Assembly (NCBI GenBank): GCA_963774955.1
Contig: CAVZGV010000004.1
Span: 261,522-294,715 of the forward strand
Length of the DNA: 33,194 bases
Reading direction: 5' to 3'
Source of the DNA: Candidatus Falkowbacteria bacterium
Lineage (GTDB): Bacteria; Patescibacteriota; Patescibacteriia; CAIXNZ01
Shown here: in pieces, positions 15,890 to 24,899 of the stretch
How positions within the stretch are numbered: the first letter of the stretch is position 1
Layout: each line of letters opens with the position of its first letter
Position numbers and translations under genes: made by a program
Notes under the pieces: model-generated
What the model was told of the DNA's origin: nothing
What the model saw: only the letters and a program-made list of their open reading frames with translations
Databases searched by the model: none

Positions 15890-16945
15890 ATGAAACCGAT
15901 TTACGTTTACGCGGGAAGCTTTTGTCCGCCGACTTATGGGCATCTGAACATTCTGCAAAAAGCCGCAGAGCTTTTTCCCGAAGTGGTTGTTGTCTGTTCA
16001 GTCAATCCCAACAAGAACGGCAACTGGTTTACACCTGAGGAATGCGCTCAGCTTTGGCAAAGTTATGATCTGCCGGCCAATGCGCGCATCACGACTTTAA
16101 GCGACATGAGCAAAAAGCAGACAAGCTTTGACAATATCGTGCTCATTCGCGGACTGCGTGGCCGGGCTGACTTGCAGGAAAACATTGGTGTGGTTGAACT
16201 GAATCATAATCAGTTTGGCATCAACAAGTTTTTTTATCAGTACGGCGATTCGGAATTTGCTGAGGTTTCTTCAAGCAAAGTGCGGGCAGCAGCCAGTAAA
16301 TTGCAGCTTGAGGAATTGGGGCGCATGGTTTCGCCCTTGGTAATCAGTTCTTTGCTGGAAAAAGTGCTTAAACTGAAAAATCTGTTTCTGGTTGTGGGTC
16401 GGCCGGGTGGGGGCAAATCAACATTTTTAAAAGTGTTGCAGCAGCAAAATCAGCTTAACGTCCACATCAACACCGATGATTTTCTGGCTGAGTTCAAATC
16501 GATACTGAAGGAACATTTCCAGACTGATGATCTGATAAGCCTGGCTTTGGAAAGGGATGAGGAAGTCAAACAAGTCCTGAAAAAACCCTATCTGGAAAAG
16601 TTACGGCAAGAGTTTACAAAAATGCCCGAGGGCAGCAATGTCTTTGTGGAGATTGCTTACGGCTTACAGCCGAATAAACACTCCTACCGTTATGTCGGCG
16701 GTAAAGTGCTTTATATCGGCTGCGACGATGAAGATCAAAACAGTAAACGTGTAAATCAGCGTGGCAATCCGGAACATCAGCCGTTTATTAAACTGATTCC
16801 AGACTGGGAACAGAGCCAAAGAGTGGCTGAACAAAACAGATTGAGTCTTTGGCAAATAAATACTAATTGTTCATTAGAGCAATTAGTAGACACTGCTTCA
16901 AGATTCAATCAAGTCTTGGAACAAGGAGGCTCTTGGCATGGATAA
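15890..16945 (+). CDS. CoaD-like nucleotidyltransferase fused to a P-loop (dephospho-CoA kinase-like) domain
   Basis: YAGSFCPPTYGHLNI, NPNK, LIRGLR and VSSSKVR (phosphopantetheine adenylyltransferase motifs), then GRPGGGKST...INTDD; ATG 15890 follows AGGAGG. Confidence 0.82.
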   Translation: MKPIYVYAGSFCPPTYGHLNILQKAAELFPEVVVVCSVNPNKNGNWFTPEECAQLWQSYDLPANARITTLSDMSKKQTSFDNIVLIRGLRGRADLQENIGVVELNHNQFGINKFFYQYGDSEFAEVSSSKVRAAASKLQLEELGRMVSPLVISSLLEKVLKLKNLFLVVGRPGGGKSTFLKVLQQQNQLNVHINTDDFLAEFKSILKEHFQTDDLISLALERDEEVKQVLKKPYLEKLRQEFTKMPEGSNVFVEIAYGLQPNKHSYRYVGGKVLYIGCDDEDQNSKRVNQRGNPEHQPFIKLIPDWEQSQRVAEQNRLSLWQINTNCSLEQLVDTASRFNQVLEQGGSWHG

Positions 16946-17336
16946 ATATTTTGCGGCCATTGTGCTCGGCCATTTAGCAGGGGATTATCTTTTTCAAAGT
17001 AAGGGCATGGCCTTGCTCAAATCCCAAAAGGGTTGGCAGGGAGCTAAATGGTGCCTGATCCATTGCCTCATTTATACTGCTAGCGTTTGTTTGTTTCTCT
17101 GGACAGCAAATCCGCTGATTGTCAGTCTGGTTTTCCTGAGTCACTATCCTTTGGACCGTTGGTCATTGGGATCAAAGTGGCTCAAGCTGATCCGGGGCAG
17201 GGACTTTTTGGCAGCTTATGTCAAAAAAGAACCGGGCTGGGAAATTGACGTGGCTTTTTCCTGCCTGGTCTATGCAGTCGTAGATAATACCTGGCACTTG
17301 ATTTTCCTCTGGCTGATCAACAGGTTCTTTCTTTAA
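16938..17336 (+). CDS. DUF3307 family membrane protein
   Basis: GHLAGDYLFQ...HCLIY...SHYPLD...DNTWH. Confidence 0.85.
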   Translation: MDKYFAAIVLGHLAGDYLFQSKGMALLKSQKGWQGAKWCLIHCLIYTASVCLFLWTANPLIVSLVFLSHYPLDRWSLGSKWLKLIRGRDFLAAYVKKEPGWEIDVAFSCLVYAVVDNTWHLIFLWLINRFFL

Positions 17337-17344
17337 CCAAAAAC

Positions 17345-17375
17345 AAGCCTCCTCGATTTTTTCGAGGAGGCTTTT
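17345..17375. terminator. bidirectional terminator
   Basis: AAGCCTCCTCGA-tttt-TCGAGGAGGCTTTT. Confidence 0.8.
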
Positions 17376-17406
17376 AAAATTCATTATCCGATAAATAAAT
17401 TTTTGT

Positions 17407-18054
17407 TTATCCGAATATAGCTACAATTTTATCAATTTCTCTTTGCACTTCTTTCGTCGGTATTCCTTTGAAATCGCCACGATCAAATTCAAGCATCTGT
17501 TGTTGTTTTTTTCTTTCTTGGATAATTGAAGCATCCAGTTTATAAATTCTACTTTTGCCACCCAGGTTATTTTTATCACGGAATGCTGCTGCTTTAATAT
17601 TGAAATGCATATTGTCTTTCGTTAAGGTAACCCAGCCACTAAATGACGCATCCTCGCCTACATTAAATGATATTTTATAACCATATTTTTCAGCCAACTT
17701 TCTTCGTGCTTGATTGAAGATTCCTAACTCAAATATGCTTAATTCATCGTTATCTGACTTTTGTTTTTTAACCCGTGGATACAAAGATTCAATATTTTGA
17801 AACCCCGCAGTTCTTATAAGCTCAACCCGCTCTTTTAGCAACTTATTTATTTGTTGACAAGTTTTGTCAATATTTTTTCCTAATAAATCTTTTCCGGTTT
17901 TTCCTTTAGCTGTGTCTTCGGGACGCCCGGCTAAAAGACCCTGTACGCCATAATAATCGTCAAGTTTTTTGTTTAATGTTAAACCATCATTGAGTAGTCT
18001 TGCATATTTTTGTTTTGGGTTTTCGTTTGTTGCTGGGGTTTCAAATTTTTGCAT
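17407..18054 (-). CDS. hypothetical protein
   Basis: 215-aa ORF with its own promoter. Confidence 0.75.
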   Translation of the reverse strand: MQKFETPATNENPKQKYARLLNDGLTLNKKLDDYYGVQGLLAGRPEDTAKGKTGKDLLGKNIDKTCQQINKLLKERVELIRTAGFQNIESLYPRVKKQKSDNDELSIFELGIFNQARRKLAEKYGYKISFNVGEDASFSGWVTLTKDNMHFNIKAAAFRDKNNLGGKSRIYKLDASIIQERKKQQQMLEFDRGDFKGIPTKEVQREIDKIVAIFG

Positions 18055-18088
18055 AAAGATCTAATTATGAATTAAGTTTGCTACTATA

Positions 18089-18117
18089 ATTATAACATAC
18101 CCCCCCCCCCACCGCAA
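18089..18117 (-). promoter_or_regulatory. promoter with a G11 homopolymer in the -35/-10 spacer
   Basis: TTGCGG (18117-18112), 17 bp containing G11 (18110-18100), TATAAT (18094-18089). Confidence 0.7.
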
Positions 18118-18201
18118 GTTTTCATTACAGTCCAAATTTGTTCTTTAAATTAAATAAGCCTCCCGCATTGAGGGAGGCTTTTAAATTGGCATTTGACTTT
18201 C

Positions 18202-18423
18202 TTAAAGATTTTCCGGCGGCGGTGGCAGTTGGTGATAGGTCACGAATATCACCGGAGGAATTAACCCCATACCTTCAGGGCTGTCAGCGGAAAAGGAGAC
18301 ATAGGCATCTCTGGAACTTTCAAAGGCGCCAGAAACTTCAATGCCACCATCAGGAGTTTGAGTCAAAGCGACCATTTGACCGGACTGCAAAGCTTGTTTT
18401 ATTTTTTCGAACGAATCAGACAT
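18202..18423 (-). CDS. small hypothetical protein
   Basis: SD AAGGAGG; TTGACA at 18483-18478; terminator at 18157-18182. Confidence 0.7.
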   Translation of the reverse strand: MSDSFEKIKQALQSGQMVALTQTPDGGIEVSGAFESSRDAYVSFSADSPEGMGLIPPVIFVTYHQLPPPPENL

Positions 18424-18543
18424 GACATCCTCCTTTCAAGTTTGTTTTGCCTACAGCTTAGTAAAAGTTGCCTGCTTTGTCAATTTAAAAAAATAAAAAA
18501 CGTATTCTGATACTCAGCCCCCATTTTATATTAGACTAGTTTT

Positions 18544-19173
18544 TTAACCTTTTGGTCTTTCCGACAGATGTTGATAGGTAAGCTCGCCGTTTTGCCACAG
18601 ACTGGTAAATCTGGCTTCAATTGTTTTCCCATCTGCAGTATAAGTGTAGAAGCCGGAACGAAGATTGGCTTCGGGTGAAAGCTCTTGGGTTTCTTCCTCT
18701 GATATTTTTCCCTGTAAAAAATTTTGAGTAATTTTCTTCTCAGATTTTGCCGAAGAATGATGGTGGAGAATCTGCCAGTCTCCGGCTTGGTTTTTTTTCC
18801 AAACATAAGTAAAGTCGGCATGAACTATTGTCCTGCCTTTTTTGTCAGGAGTATCAACTTCAAAGTCATATTCCCCGGAATGAAGATAAGTATCCGCAGA
18901 AACAGCAGTTACTTTTTCAGTAATTATTTTACCTTCGGGATTTTTTTCCAGAAAATGGTGAAAGTAATCAGTCGCACCTTTATGCCCTTTTTTAAATTCC
19001 CCCGAGACTGTGGGCAAAAATGTGTTGTCTGCAGTATAGAGTTCGGCGACTTTGGCTGGATCTTTGGTTAATAAAGCTTGATTCCAGGTCGCAAAATTTT
19101 CCCTGGCGATTTTTTCAAATTGTTCCTGGTTGTTTTCTGTTGATGATGTTGGATCTTCAAAAGGTTTGGACAT
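18544..19173 (-). CDS. NTF2-like SgcJ/EcaC (CaMKII association domain-like) protein with a partial C-terminal duplication
   Basis: WNQALLTKDPAKVAELY...FLPTVS...DYFHHFL...WQILHHHSS. Confidence 0.85.
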   Translation of the reverse strand: MSKPFEDPTSSTENNQEQFEKIARENFATWNQALLTKDPAKVAELYTADNTFLPTVSGEFKKGHKGATDYFHHFLEKNPEGKIITEKVTAVSADTYLHSGEYDFEVDTPDKKGRTIVHADFTYVWKKNQAGDWQILHHHSSAKSEKKITQNFLQGKISEEETQELSPEANLRSGFYTYTADGKTIEARFTSLWQNGELTYQHLSERPKG

Positions 19174-19391
19174 ATTGGTAACGTATTAGGAATTAGTTTG
19201 TTAGTAATTAGAAATTGGAAATTTGGCTGTTATTTTCTATCATAAGTTAAAATTGGTAGTTTGACAAGATAAGTAATCTTTATATAAACAACATTTGTAA
19301 GCGGGAGCATTAATAGTTTTTGTGTTTAAGAGTAAAAGAAAAAGACCGCCGGGAAGTTTCCTGGTGGTCTTGGCATAAGTCTAGTTGTTTT

Positions 19392-19676
19392 TTACGAAGT
19401 GGGAACAAGTTCTTTGAGATAATCTTGTTTGAGTTTTTCTTTTTTGTCCTCAATGTAGGTTTTGAACAACCAGCGTTCGAACCTGGTTAGCGGTTTGAAT
19501 TCAAGGCTTTTAGCTGCCTGCGCCTGATGACTGCTTTCCTTCAGGATGGTGGCCTGAACGCGTAAAAGCAGATTCTTGCGGCTTTTTTTTGAGTACATTT
19601 TGATGAGAACGAACCGCGGAACGAAGAGAAGCGGTATCACAATCGAACAGACTCCGGCGACTAGTTTAGGATACAT
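19392..19676 (-). CDS. hypothetical membrane protein
   Basis: N-terminal hydrophobic helix; SD AAGGAGG; own promoter and terminator. Confidence 0.65.
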   Translation of the reverse strand: MYPKLVAGVCSIVIPLLFVPRFVLIKMYSKKSRKNLLLRVQATILKESSHQAQAAKSLEFKPLTRFERWLFKTYIEDKKEKLKQDYLKELVPTS

Positions 19677-19735
19677 GGTTCCTCCTTGTTGATGCAGAGT
19701 TTAAATTGAGTCAAAAACATTGCCTGTTGGTTGTG

Positions 19736-19817
19736 ATAATATCATATTTTTGAATTTTTGTCAATATGTAGTTGGTTGGCTTAAAATATTGACAAATTTC
19801 TTTAAAAATGGTAAGAT
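19736..19817. promoter_or_regulatory. back-to-back divergent sigma70 promoters
   Basis: Minus: TTGACA (19764-19759), 17 bp, TATTAT. Plus: TTGACA (19789-19794), 17 bp, TAAGAT (19812-19817). Confidence 0.75.
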
Positions 19818-19878
19818 TACAAGTTCCTTGAAAAGTCAAGAAAGAACTAAACAAACCAAGAAAGGAAGGAGAAAACAC

Positions 19879-22020
19879 ATGGAACCGAAGCTATTGGAAC
19901 TTATGCCTGGCTGTCAGATTTTCGACTGGAGGGTCATGTTTGGCTGTCCGTCGGAAGTGGTCAAACTGCTCAAAAAGCAGGGCAAGACCGTGCCGACCAC
20001 GATCGTGCTGCCGGCAACTTTTTTCCGCCATGGGATCAACCAGGCAGCCCTGGAATTCCCGCTTTACGATTTTCTTTTCGTTTACGGCGGATTTTTCAAG
20101 GGTGAAAAACTGACCATCATCGGCGACAAGAAACAATTGGAGCGGATCAAAAATATCCTGCGCCTGACTCTGCTCGGGATCACCAAACAGGAAGCGGATC
20201 AGTTCGGCATCAGCGATACTGAATATGATCGCATTTCCAAGATCTCTAACGATATGGCCCTGAAAAATAAAGACGGGTCGATTGCCACCATGGACGACAT
20301 GATCAATTTCGTGGCCTTTGACCAGCAGGGCAAAGTCGAGATCGACGGCCTGGCCATTACCAGGCGCGCGGAAAATGTTTTTCAGATCAAGGAAGGCGGG
20401 GAAGAATTTTTTGCGGATATCAACCTGAATTCGCCCCAGAATCCGCCTTTGCCCATTGTTACTCCGGCCACCCTGCCCAAGCGTTCTATTCTAGGCGCAA
20501 TGGCTCTGAGCCAGTGCACTTCAGGCTTTGATCCCAGCGATTACACTTCAGGGGTGATCATCTGGATAAACGGCTTGCCCATCATCGTTGACGGCGTCAG
20601 CTGGTTGAAGGAGCACTGCCGGGAGTTCGGCCTTAACCCTCATGAAATCGAGGCTTTTGTGGCCACTCATATTCATGAAGACCACAATAATATCTATGAT
20701 ATGCTGGTCAATTCCAAAGTGGTCAGCATTATGACCACCAAAACTATTTACGCCGGTTTCATTTTGAAAACCGGATATGTCCTGGATCTGCCGGTGGACA
20801 TGGTCAAGCAGTTCGTCAATCTGATAGAAGTCAAGGTCGGTGAACCGTTTTCCTGGTATGGCGCGGAGTTCCTGTTCTGGAATACGGTGCATCCGATTCC
20901 GACTATCGGCTTCAAAGTCACGGTCAGAGATAAAAGCATCGGTTATTCCGGTGATACGGCCTGGGGCAAAAAGCTTCAGGATTTTGCAGACAGGGGCGTG
21001 ATCGATGAAAAGACCAGAGCTACTGTCCAGGGTATTCCAACCCAGGAATGCAATCTGATGTTTCTCGATGCCGGTGGCGGTGCCATTCATCCTCTGACCG
21101 AGGAACTGGCTCTGTTGCCGACCGAGGCCAAAAAGCATCTGGTATTGACTCACAGTGCCAAGCTCACTCCCGAGCTTTGCCAAGAATTCCAAACTCCCAT
21201 GGCCGGAAAAATCTGGGAAATCATTCCCCAGGATCCGGCCTTGGAAGCCATGAACAGTCTGCATCGGGTGCCTTTGCTGTCCTATCTGGATCCTCAGTGG
21301 ATTTCCGTACTGCTATCCAGCGGTCAGATCGAAGAGTTTCCGGTCGGCAAGGAAATTCTGGAACAGGGTGGACCGGGCAAGGCGTTTTATGTCATTCTCG
21401 GCGGCACGGCCTGGGTCATCGTTAATGGTGAAGAAGTCGCTCAGCTGGCAACCGGAGATTTTTTCGGCGAGATTTCCATCATGAATAAGTGTCCCTGCAC
21501 AGCTACTATCAAGGCCAGAAGCCCGTTGCGGGTATTGTCCGTGGCCAAAGAAACATTCAACCGTATGGCCAAGGAAACTCGTCTGGCCGAAGTCTTGGCC
21601 AAGACGCACAAGTACCGGCCTCTGATGATGAACATCACCATCTTTCGTGACCTGGATCCTCAGACCATGATGAAGCTGGCCCAGGAAGTTCGGGAAGAGC
21701 TATATGAGCCTGGTGAGTTCATTGTCAAGCAGGGTGAAAAAGGTGATGCTTTTTACATCATTGATCAGGGCAAGGCAGTGGTCACCATCGGTGAAAACGG
21801 TGGCGGTCGCGAAATTGCCACGCTTTTCCCGGGCCAGTGCTTTGGTGAAATGGCGCTCCTGGAAGATGGCATCAGAACCGCCAATGTCATTGCCACTGAT
21901 CGGGTCAGAGTCCTGAAACTGACGCGTGCAGACTTTGCCGAACTCATCAAGAATGCGCCGCATCTGCGCTATGAACTTTTGGTCATGGCCTCGCAGCGCA
22001 AGAGCGAGCAGTTAAAGTAA
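19879..22020 (+). CDS. MBL-fold hydrolase (putative cyclic-nucleotide phosphodiesterase) with two C-terminal cNMP-binding domains
   Basis: THIHEDH, HPIPT, YSGDT, IHP and LTH; cNMP motifs FYVILGG...GDFFGEIS...TATIKA and FYIIDQG...FGEMALL...RTANVIA; ATG 19879 follows AAGGAG. Confidence 0.88.
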   Translation: MEPKLLELMPGCQIFDWRVMFGCPSEVVKLLKKQGKTVPTTIVLPATFFRHGINQAALEFPLYDFLFVYGGFFKGEKLTIIGDKKQLERIKNILRLTLLGITKQEADQFGISDTEYDRISKISNDMALKNKDGSIATMDDMINFVAFDQQGKVEIDGLAITRRAENVFQIKEGGEEFFADINLNSPQNPPLPIVTPATLPKRSILGAMALSQCTSGFDPSDYTSGVIIWINGLPIIVDGVSWLKEHCREFGLNPHEIEAFVATHIHEDHNNIYDMLVNSKVVSIMTTKTIYAGFILKTGYVLDLPVDMVKQFVNLIEVKVGEPFSWYGAEFLFWNTVHPIPTIGFKVTVRDKSIGYSGDTAWGKKLQDFADRGVIDEKTRATVQGIPTQECNLMFLDAGGGAIHPLTEELALLPTEAKKHLVLTHSAKLTPELCQEFQTPMAGKIWEIIPQDPALEAMNSLHRVPLLSYLDPQWISVLLSSGQIEEFPVGKEILEQGGPGKAFYVILGGTAWVIVNGEEVAQLATGDFFGEISIMNKCPCTATIKARSPLRVLSVAKETFNRMAKETRLAEVLAKTHKYRPLMMNITIFRDLDPQTMMKLAQEVREELYEPGEFIVKQGEKGDAFYIIDQGKAVVTIGENGGGREIATLFPGQCFGEMALLEDGIRTANVIATDRVRVLKLTRADFAELIKNAPHLRYELLVMASQRKSEQLK

Positions 22021-22110
22021 ATAAATTTCAACTACAAAAGAGTTCCGAACGCGGGGCTCTTTTTTCTTTGGATAAAATAAATACCGCCTTTTTAGGGGCG
22101 GTATATTGGG

Positions 22111-23178
22111 TTATTTGGGGTGTACTATGGTCGTACACAGATATTCGCTGTGGACCTTGTTGGTGTGAACGACTTCGATGTCGGACGCATCCACTTCGAT
22201 ATCAACTTTATTATAGAAGGGGCAGAAATCATCGGGGAGGTTTAAGCCTCCTGAATGTAGGACTGCCCTGGAAGCGCAGCCGCCACGACAATTGGCGAAG
22301 TAATGACAGTCGTGGCAAAAGGGAACATCCCTGGCGCGCAATCTTTGAAATGGTTCACTGTTGTAGATTTCCACCAAGGATTGTTCCTGCAAAGAACCAG
22401 CTGACCAGTCAGCTCCGCCCAGGAAAGTGCAGGGCGAAATCTGGCCATTGGACTGAATGCGGCAGGATGCCCGGCCGCAATTGCAGCCGGGATGCTCGGA
22501 TTTTTCGCCGAACATGCCTTCCAAAACCGGTTCGGACAGATCTTCGAAAATCACGTTCTTAGACAGCAGTTTGATGATCTGCCAAAACCTTTGGGTGGTG
22601 ATGCGCAAATCAGCTTTGCCTCGGCCTTTTTCCCGAAACCAGGAACAGCGCCAGGACGTGCCGTATTTAGAGGCCAATTCTAGAAAGTCCAGAATGTCTT
22701 CGTCCTTGGTTTTGCTGGTAATGCAGGTAACGATTGAGGTTTCAATGCCAGCCTCCTTGCAAATTTGTAAAGACTGCATGGACCATTGCCAGGCTTTGGG
22801 ATGGCGTCTCATCTCGTTGTGTTTTTCCGGGTTGGCAAAATCAATGGAGATGTCAATGTCATGGAAAATTTGCCTGAGTTTGTCCGGACCCAGCAGCATG
22901 ATGGTCGTACCATTACTGGTAACCGCCTGTTCAACCTGAGGATAGGTGTCGGTAATATATTCGGCCAGGTTGGTCACGTGGGGATTAAAGATAAACTCGC
23001 CGGTGCCATAGTTGATGGAGTGGATCTGGGGACAGAGTTTATCTGCCACGAATTGCAGTTCTTCATAACTGTATTCGCGGGCGCGTTTGCAGGCTGCGGA
23101 ATAGCAGGTTTTGCATTTCATGTTGCAGACCCCGAAGCCCCAGCCAATGTTTTTCAGTTGCATGACTTCATTGTTCAT
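22111..23178 (-). CDS. radical SAM/SPASM domain protein
   Basis: CNMKCKTCY; SPASM cysteines CNCG...PC...CHDC...CRGGC...DDFCP; start 23178 follows GGAGG. Confidence 0.92.
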   Translation of the reverse strand: MNNEVMQLKNIGWGFGVCNMKCKTCYSAACKRAREYSYEELQFVADKLCPQIHSINYGTGEFIFNPHVTNLAEYITDTYPQVEQAVTSNGTTIMLLGPDKLRQIFHDIDISIDFANPEKHNEMRRHPKAWQWSMQSLQICKEAGIETSIVTCITSKTKDEDILDFLELASKYGTSWRCSWFREKGRGKADLRITTQRFWQIIKLLSKNVIFEDLSEPVLEGMFGEKSEHPGCNCGRASCRIQSNGQISPCTFLGGADWSAGSLQEQSLVEIYNSEPFQRLRARDVPFCHDCHYFANCRGGCASRAVLHSGGLNLPDDFCPFYNKVDIEVDASDIEVVHTNKVHSEYLCTTIVHPK

Positions 23179-23749
23179 GGGCAGGACCTCCGATCTGTTG
23201 CAGGACTTTGTTTCTGGCCGCATCCAGGTTCAGTTTGGTGGTGTCAATGATGATCGGATTAGGCAAGGATTGGGTGAAGATCTCCCTTTCTTTATCAATC
23301 AGTTCCGGCCTGAGCAAGTAGAGATTGTGAAAGGGATTGATCGCCACTTCATTCATCCGTCTGACTGATTCTTTAGTGCTGACGTCAATCTGGAAGGCCA
23401 GATCTGGTTTGGCCAAAAGCGGCCAAAAGATCTTGCCCAAAAGACGGTTGTACCAACGTGAGGCAGTATGAAAGACCATGACTGAAAAAAAGTAACGGTC
23501 GTGTAGGACTGTTTGTCCCTTTTTCAGCGCCGGTCTGACCACTGTCAGATTGCTGATCAGCAATTCCACGAGCAGGGTCAGGGTTGAAGGATGCTTACGG
23601 GCAAAACAGCCCCAGCCAGTGGTTACATCTCCCAGCCCTTTGACATAAAGCCAGTCAGGTCGGGATGCTAATACTGCTTTGATCAGGGAAGTTTTGCCGG
23701 CCGCATTGATGCCTTCAAAGATAATCAGTTTGCCTTTGGTTGCGTTCAT
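23168..23749 (-). CDS. thymidylate kinase-like NMP kinase
   Basis: IIFEGINAAGKTS, LHDRYFFS and KPDL; ATGA overlap with the upstream gene. Confidence 0.85.
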   Translation of the reverse strand: MNATKGKLIIFEGINAAGKTSLIKAVLASRPDWLYVKGLGDVTTGWGCFARKHPSTLTLLVELLISNLTVVRPALKKGQTVLHDRYFFSVMVFHTASRWYNRLLGKIFWPLLAKPDLAFQIDVSTKESVRRMNEVAINPFHNLYLLRPELIDKEREIFTQSLPNPIIIDTTKLNLDAARNKVLQQIGGPAHEQ

Positions 23750-24744
23750 CTGGTCAGCTCCCGTAAACTGAATTTTTTGCACAGACAGACAAAGGCATAT
23801 TTGCCGCTCGCGATCTGTTCGCGAAATTGCGGGTAATTGACGCAGCCGCCCCATTGATCAAAAAGGGGCTGGGTTTGCTGCTCGAAATATTCCTGGAGCT
23901 GCTGTTCATTTTCCCAGATTTGGCGCAGGCTCTGCTGGTGCAGATTGGCCAGCGGCTTTTGGTGTGCACACATAATGGCGCAGGGATAAACATTGCCGTC
24001 AGGCAAAATTTGCAGATGCCAGGGCCGCTCCATGTAGCAGTGGGTGTCGATCTTCCTGGTGAATTCGGTTTCAATGATCGGCGTCTCCATGGAGATTTCG
24101 ATCTTGTTGTAAAATTCGATTAGAAGCTGCCGGATGACCTGGATCCACTTGAGCGGATCAGCGACATTGGCCGTAAAGCAATCGCCGCGGCCGATGGGGC
24201 TGAAATAGTAAAAGCCCTGTTCGCGTGCACCCAGAAGTACAGCCATACGGGTGATAGCGATAAGATCATGCAGATTGGAATCAAAGACCACGGTGTTAAC
24301 CTTGGTGTAAAAGCCAAGGTTGGCAGCCAGCTCAATATTTTTGAGAATTTTTTTGTAGGTTTTTTCGGACACGGGTCGGATCTGGCTGTAATATTTATAT
24401 TGTGATCCGTCCAGGCTGATGGCAATGCCGTCCAGGCCGATGTCAGAGTAACGTTGCAAAAGCTCTTTGTTGAGCAAAGAACCGTTGGTAACCAGCTCGG
24501 TTTTGAAACCCAGCTGTTTGCACAGCGCCACTATTTGGAAACAGTCTTGGCGCATGGTGGCTTCACCGCCCGTGATGTCGATCCGTTTGCCGCCTAGTTC
24601 TTTGAATTCAGTCAGAACTGACTGAATTTTGGCAAAGGCCAGCTCAGTCAGATTGACTTCGCCGGAACGGAAGCAACAGTGATGGCAGCGGAAATTGCAA
24701 CGATTGGTAACGTTGAAATCCAGCTTAATGACTTGTCTTTCCAT
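23746..24744 (-). CDS. radical SAM protein with a SPASM/twitch domain
   Basis: TNRCNFRCHHC, ITGGEA, VTNG, ISLDG and CY...DGNVYPC; start 24744 follows AAGGAG. Confidence 0.92.
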   Translation of the reverse strand: MERQVIKLDFNVTNRCNFRCHHCCFRSGEVNLTELAFAKIQSVLTEFKELGGKRIDITGGEATMRQDCFQIVALCKQLGFKTELVTNGSLLNKELLQRYSDIGLDGIAISLDGSQYKYYSQIRPVSEKTYKKILKNIELAANLGFYTKVNTVVFDSNLHDLIAITRMAVLLGAREQGFYYFSPIGRGDCFTANVADPLKWIQVIRQLLIEFYNKIEISMETPIIETEFTRKIDTHCYMERPWHLQILPDGNVYPCAIMCAHQKPLANLHQQSLRQIWENEQQLQEYFEQQTQPLFDQWGGCVNYPQFREQIASGKYAFVCLCKKFSLRELTR

Positions 24745-24794
24745 GATTTTTCTCCTTAAATAAGTCGATTTTTTTATCAATGTGCGAATAGTTT

Positions 24795-24861
24795 ATTATA
24801 GCATAAATACAAATAAAGTCAAGCGTTTTACCTTGACAGTTTAAGGTTTTTCAGGTAAGAT
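24795..24861. promoter_or_regulatory. divergent sigma70 promoters
   Basis: Minus: TTGACT (24822-24817), 16 bp, TATAAT. Plus: TTGACA (24833-24838), 17 bp, TAAGAT. Confidence 0.75.
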
Positions 24862-24899
24862 TCAAGATTCAAGCCTTGCCCTTTGATAAGGAGATAATA

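Noticed and set aside
20548-21264. 238-aa antisense ORF and other ORFs nested in 19879..24744
   Set aside because: They are shadow ORFs caused by GC-rich codon bias in genes with clear domain motifs.
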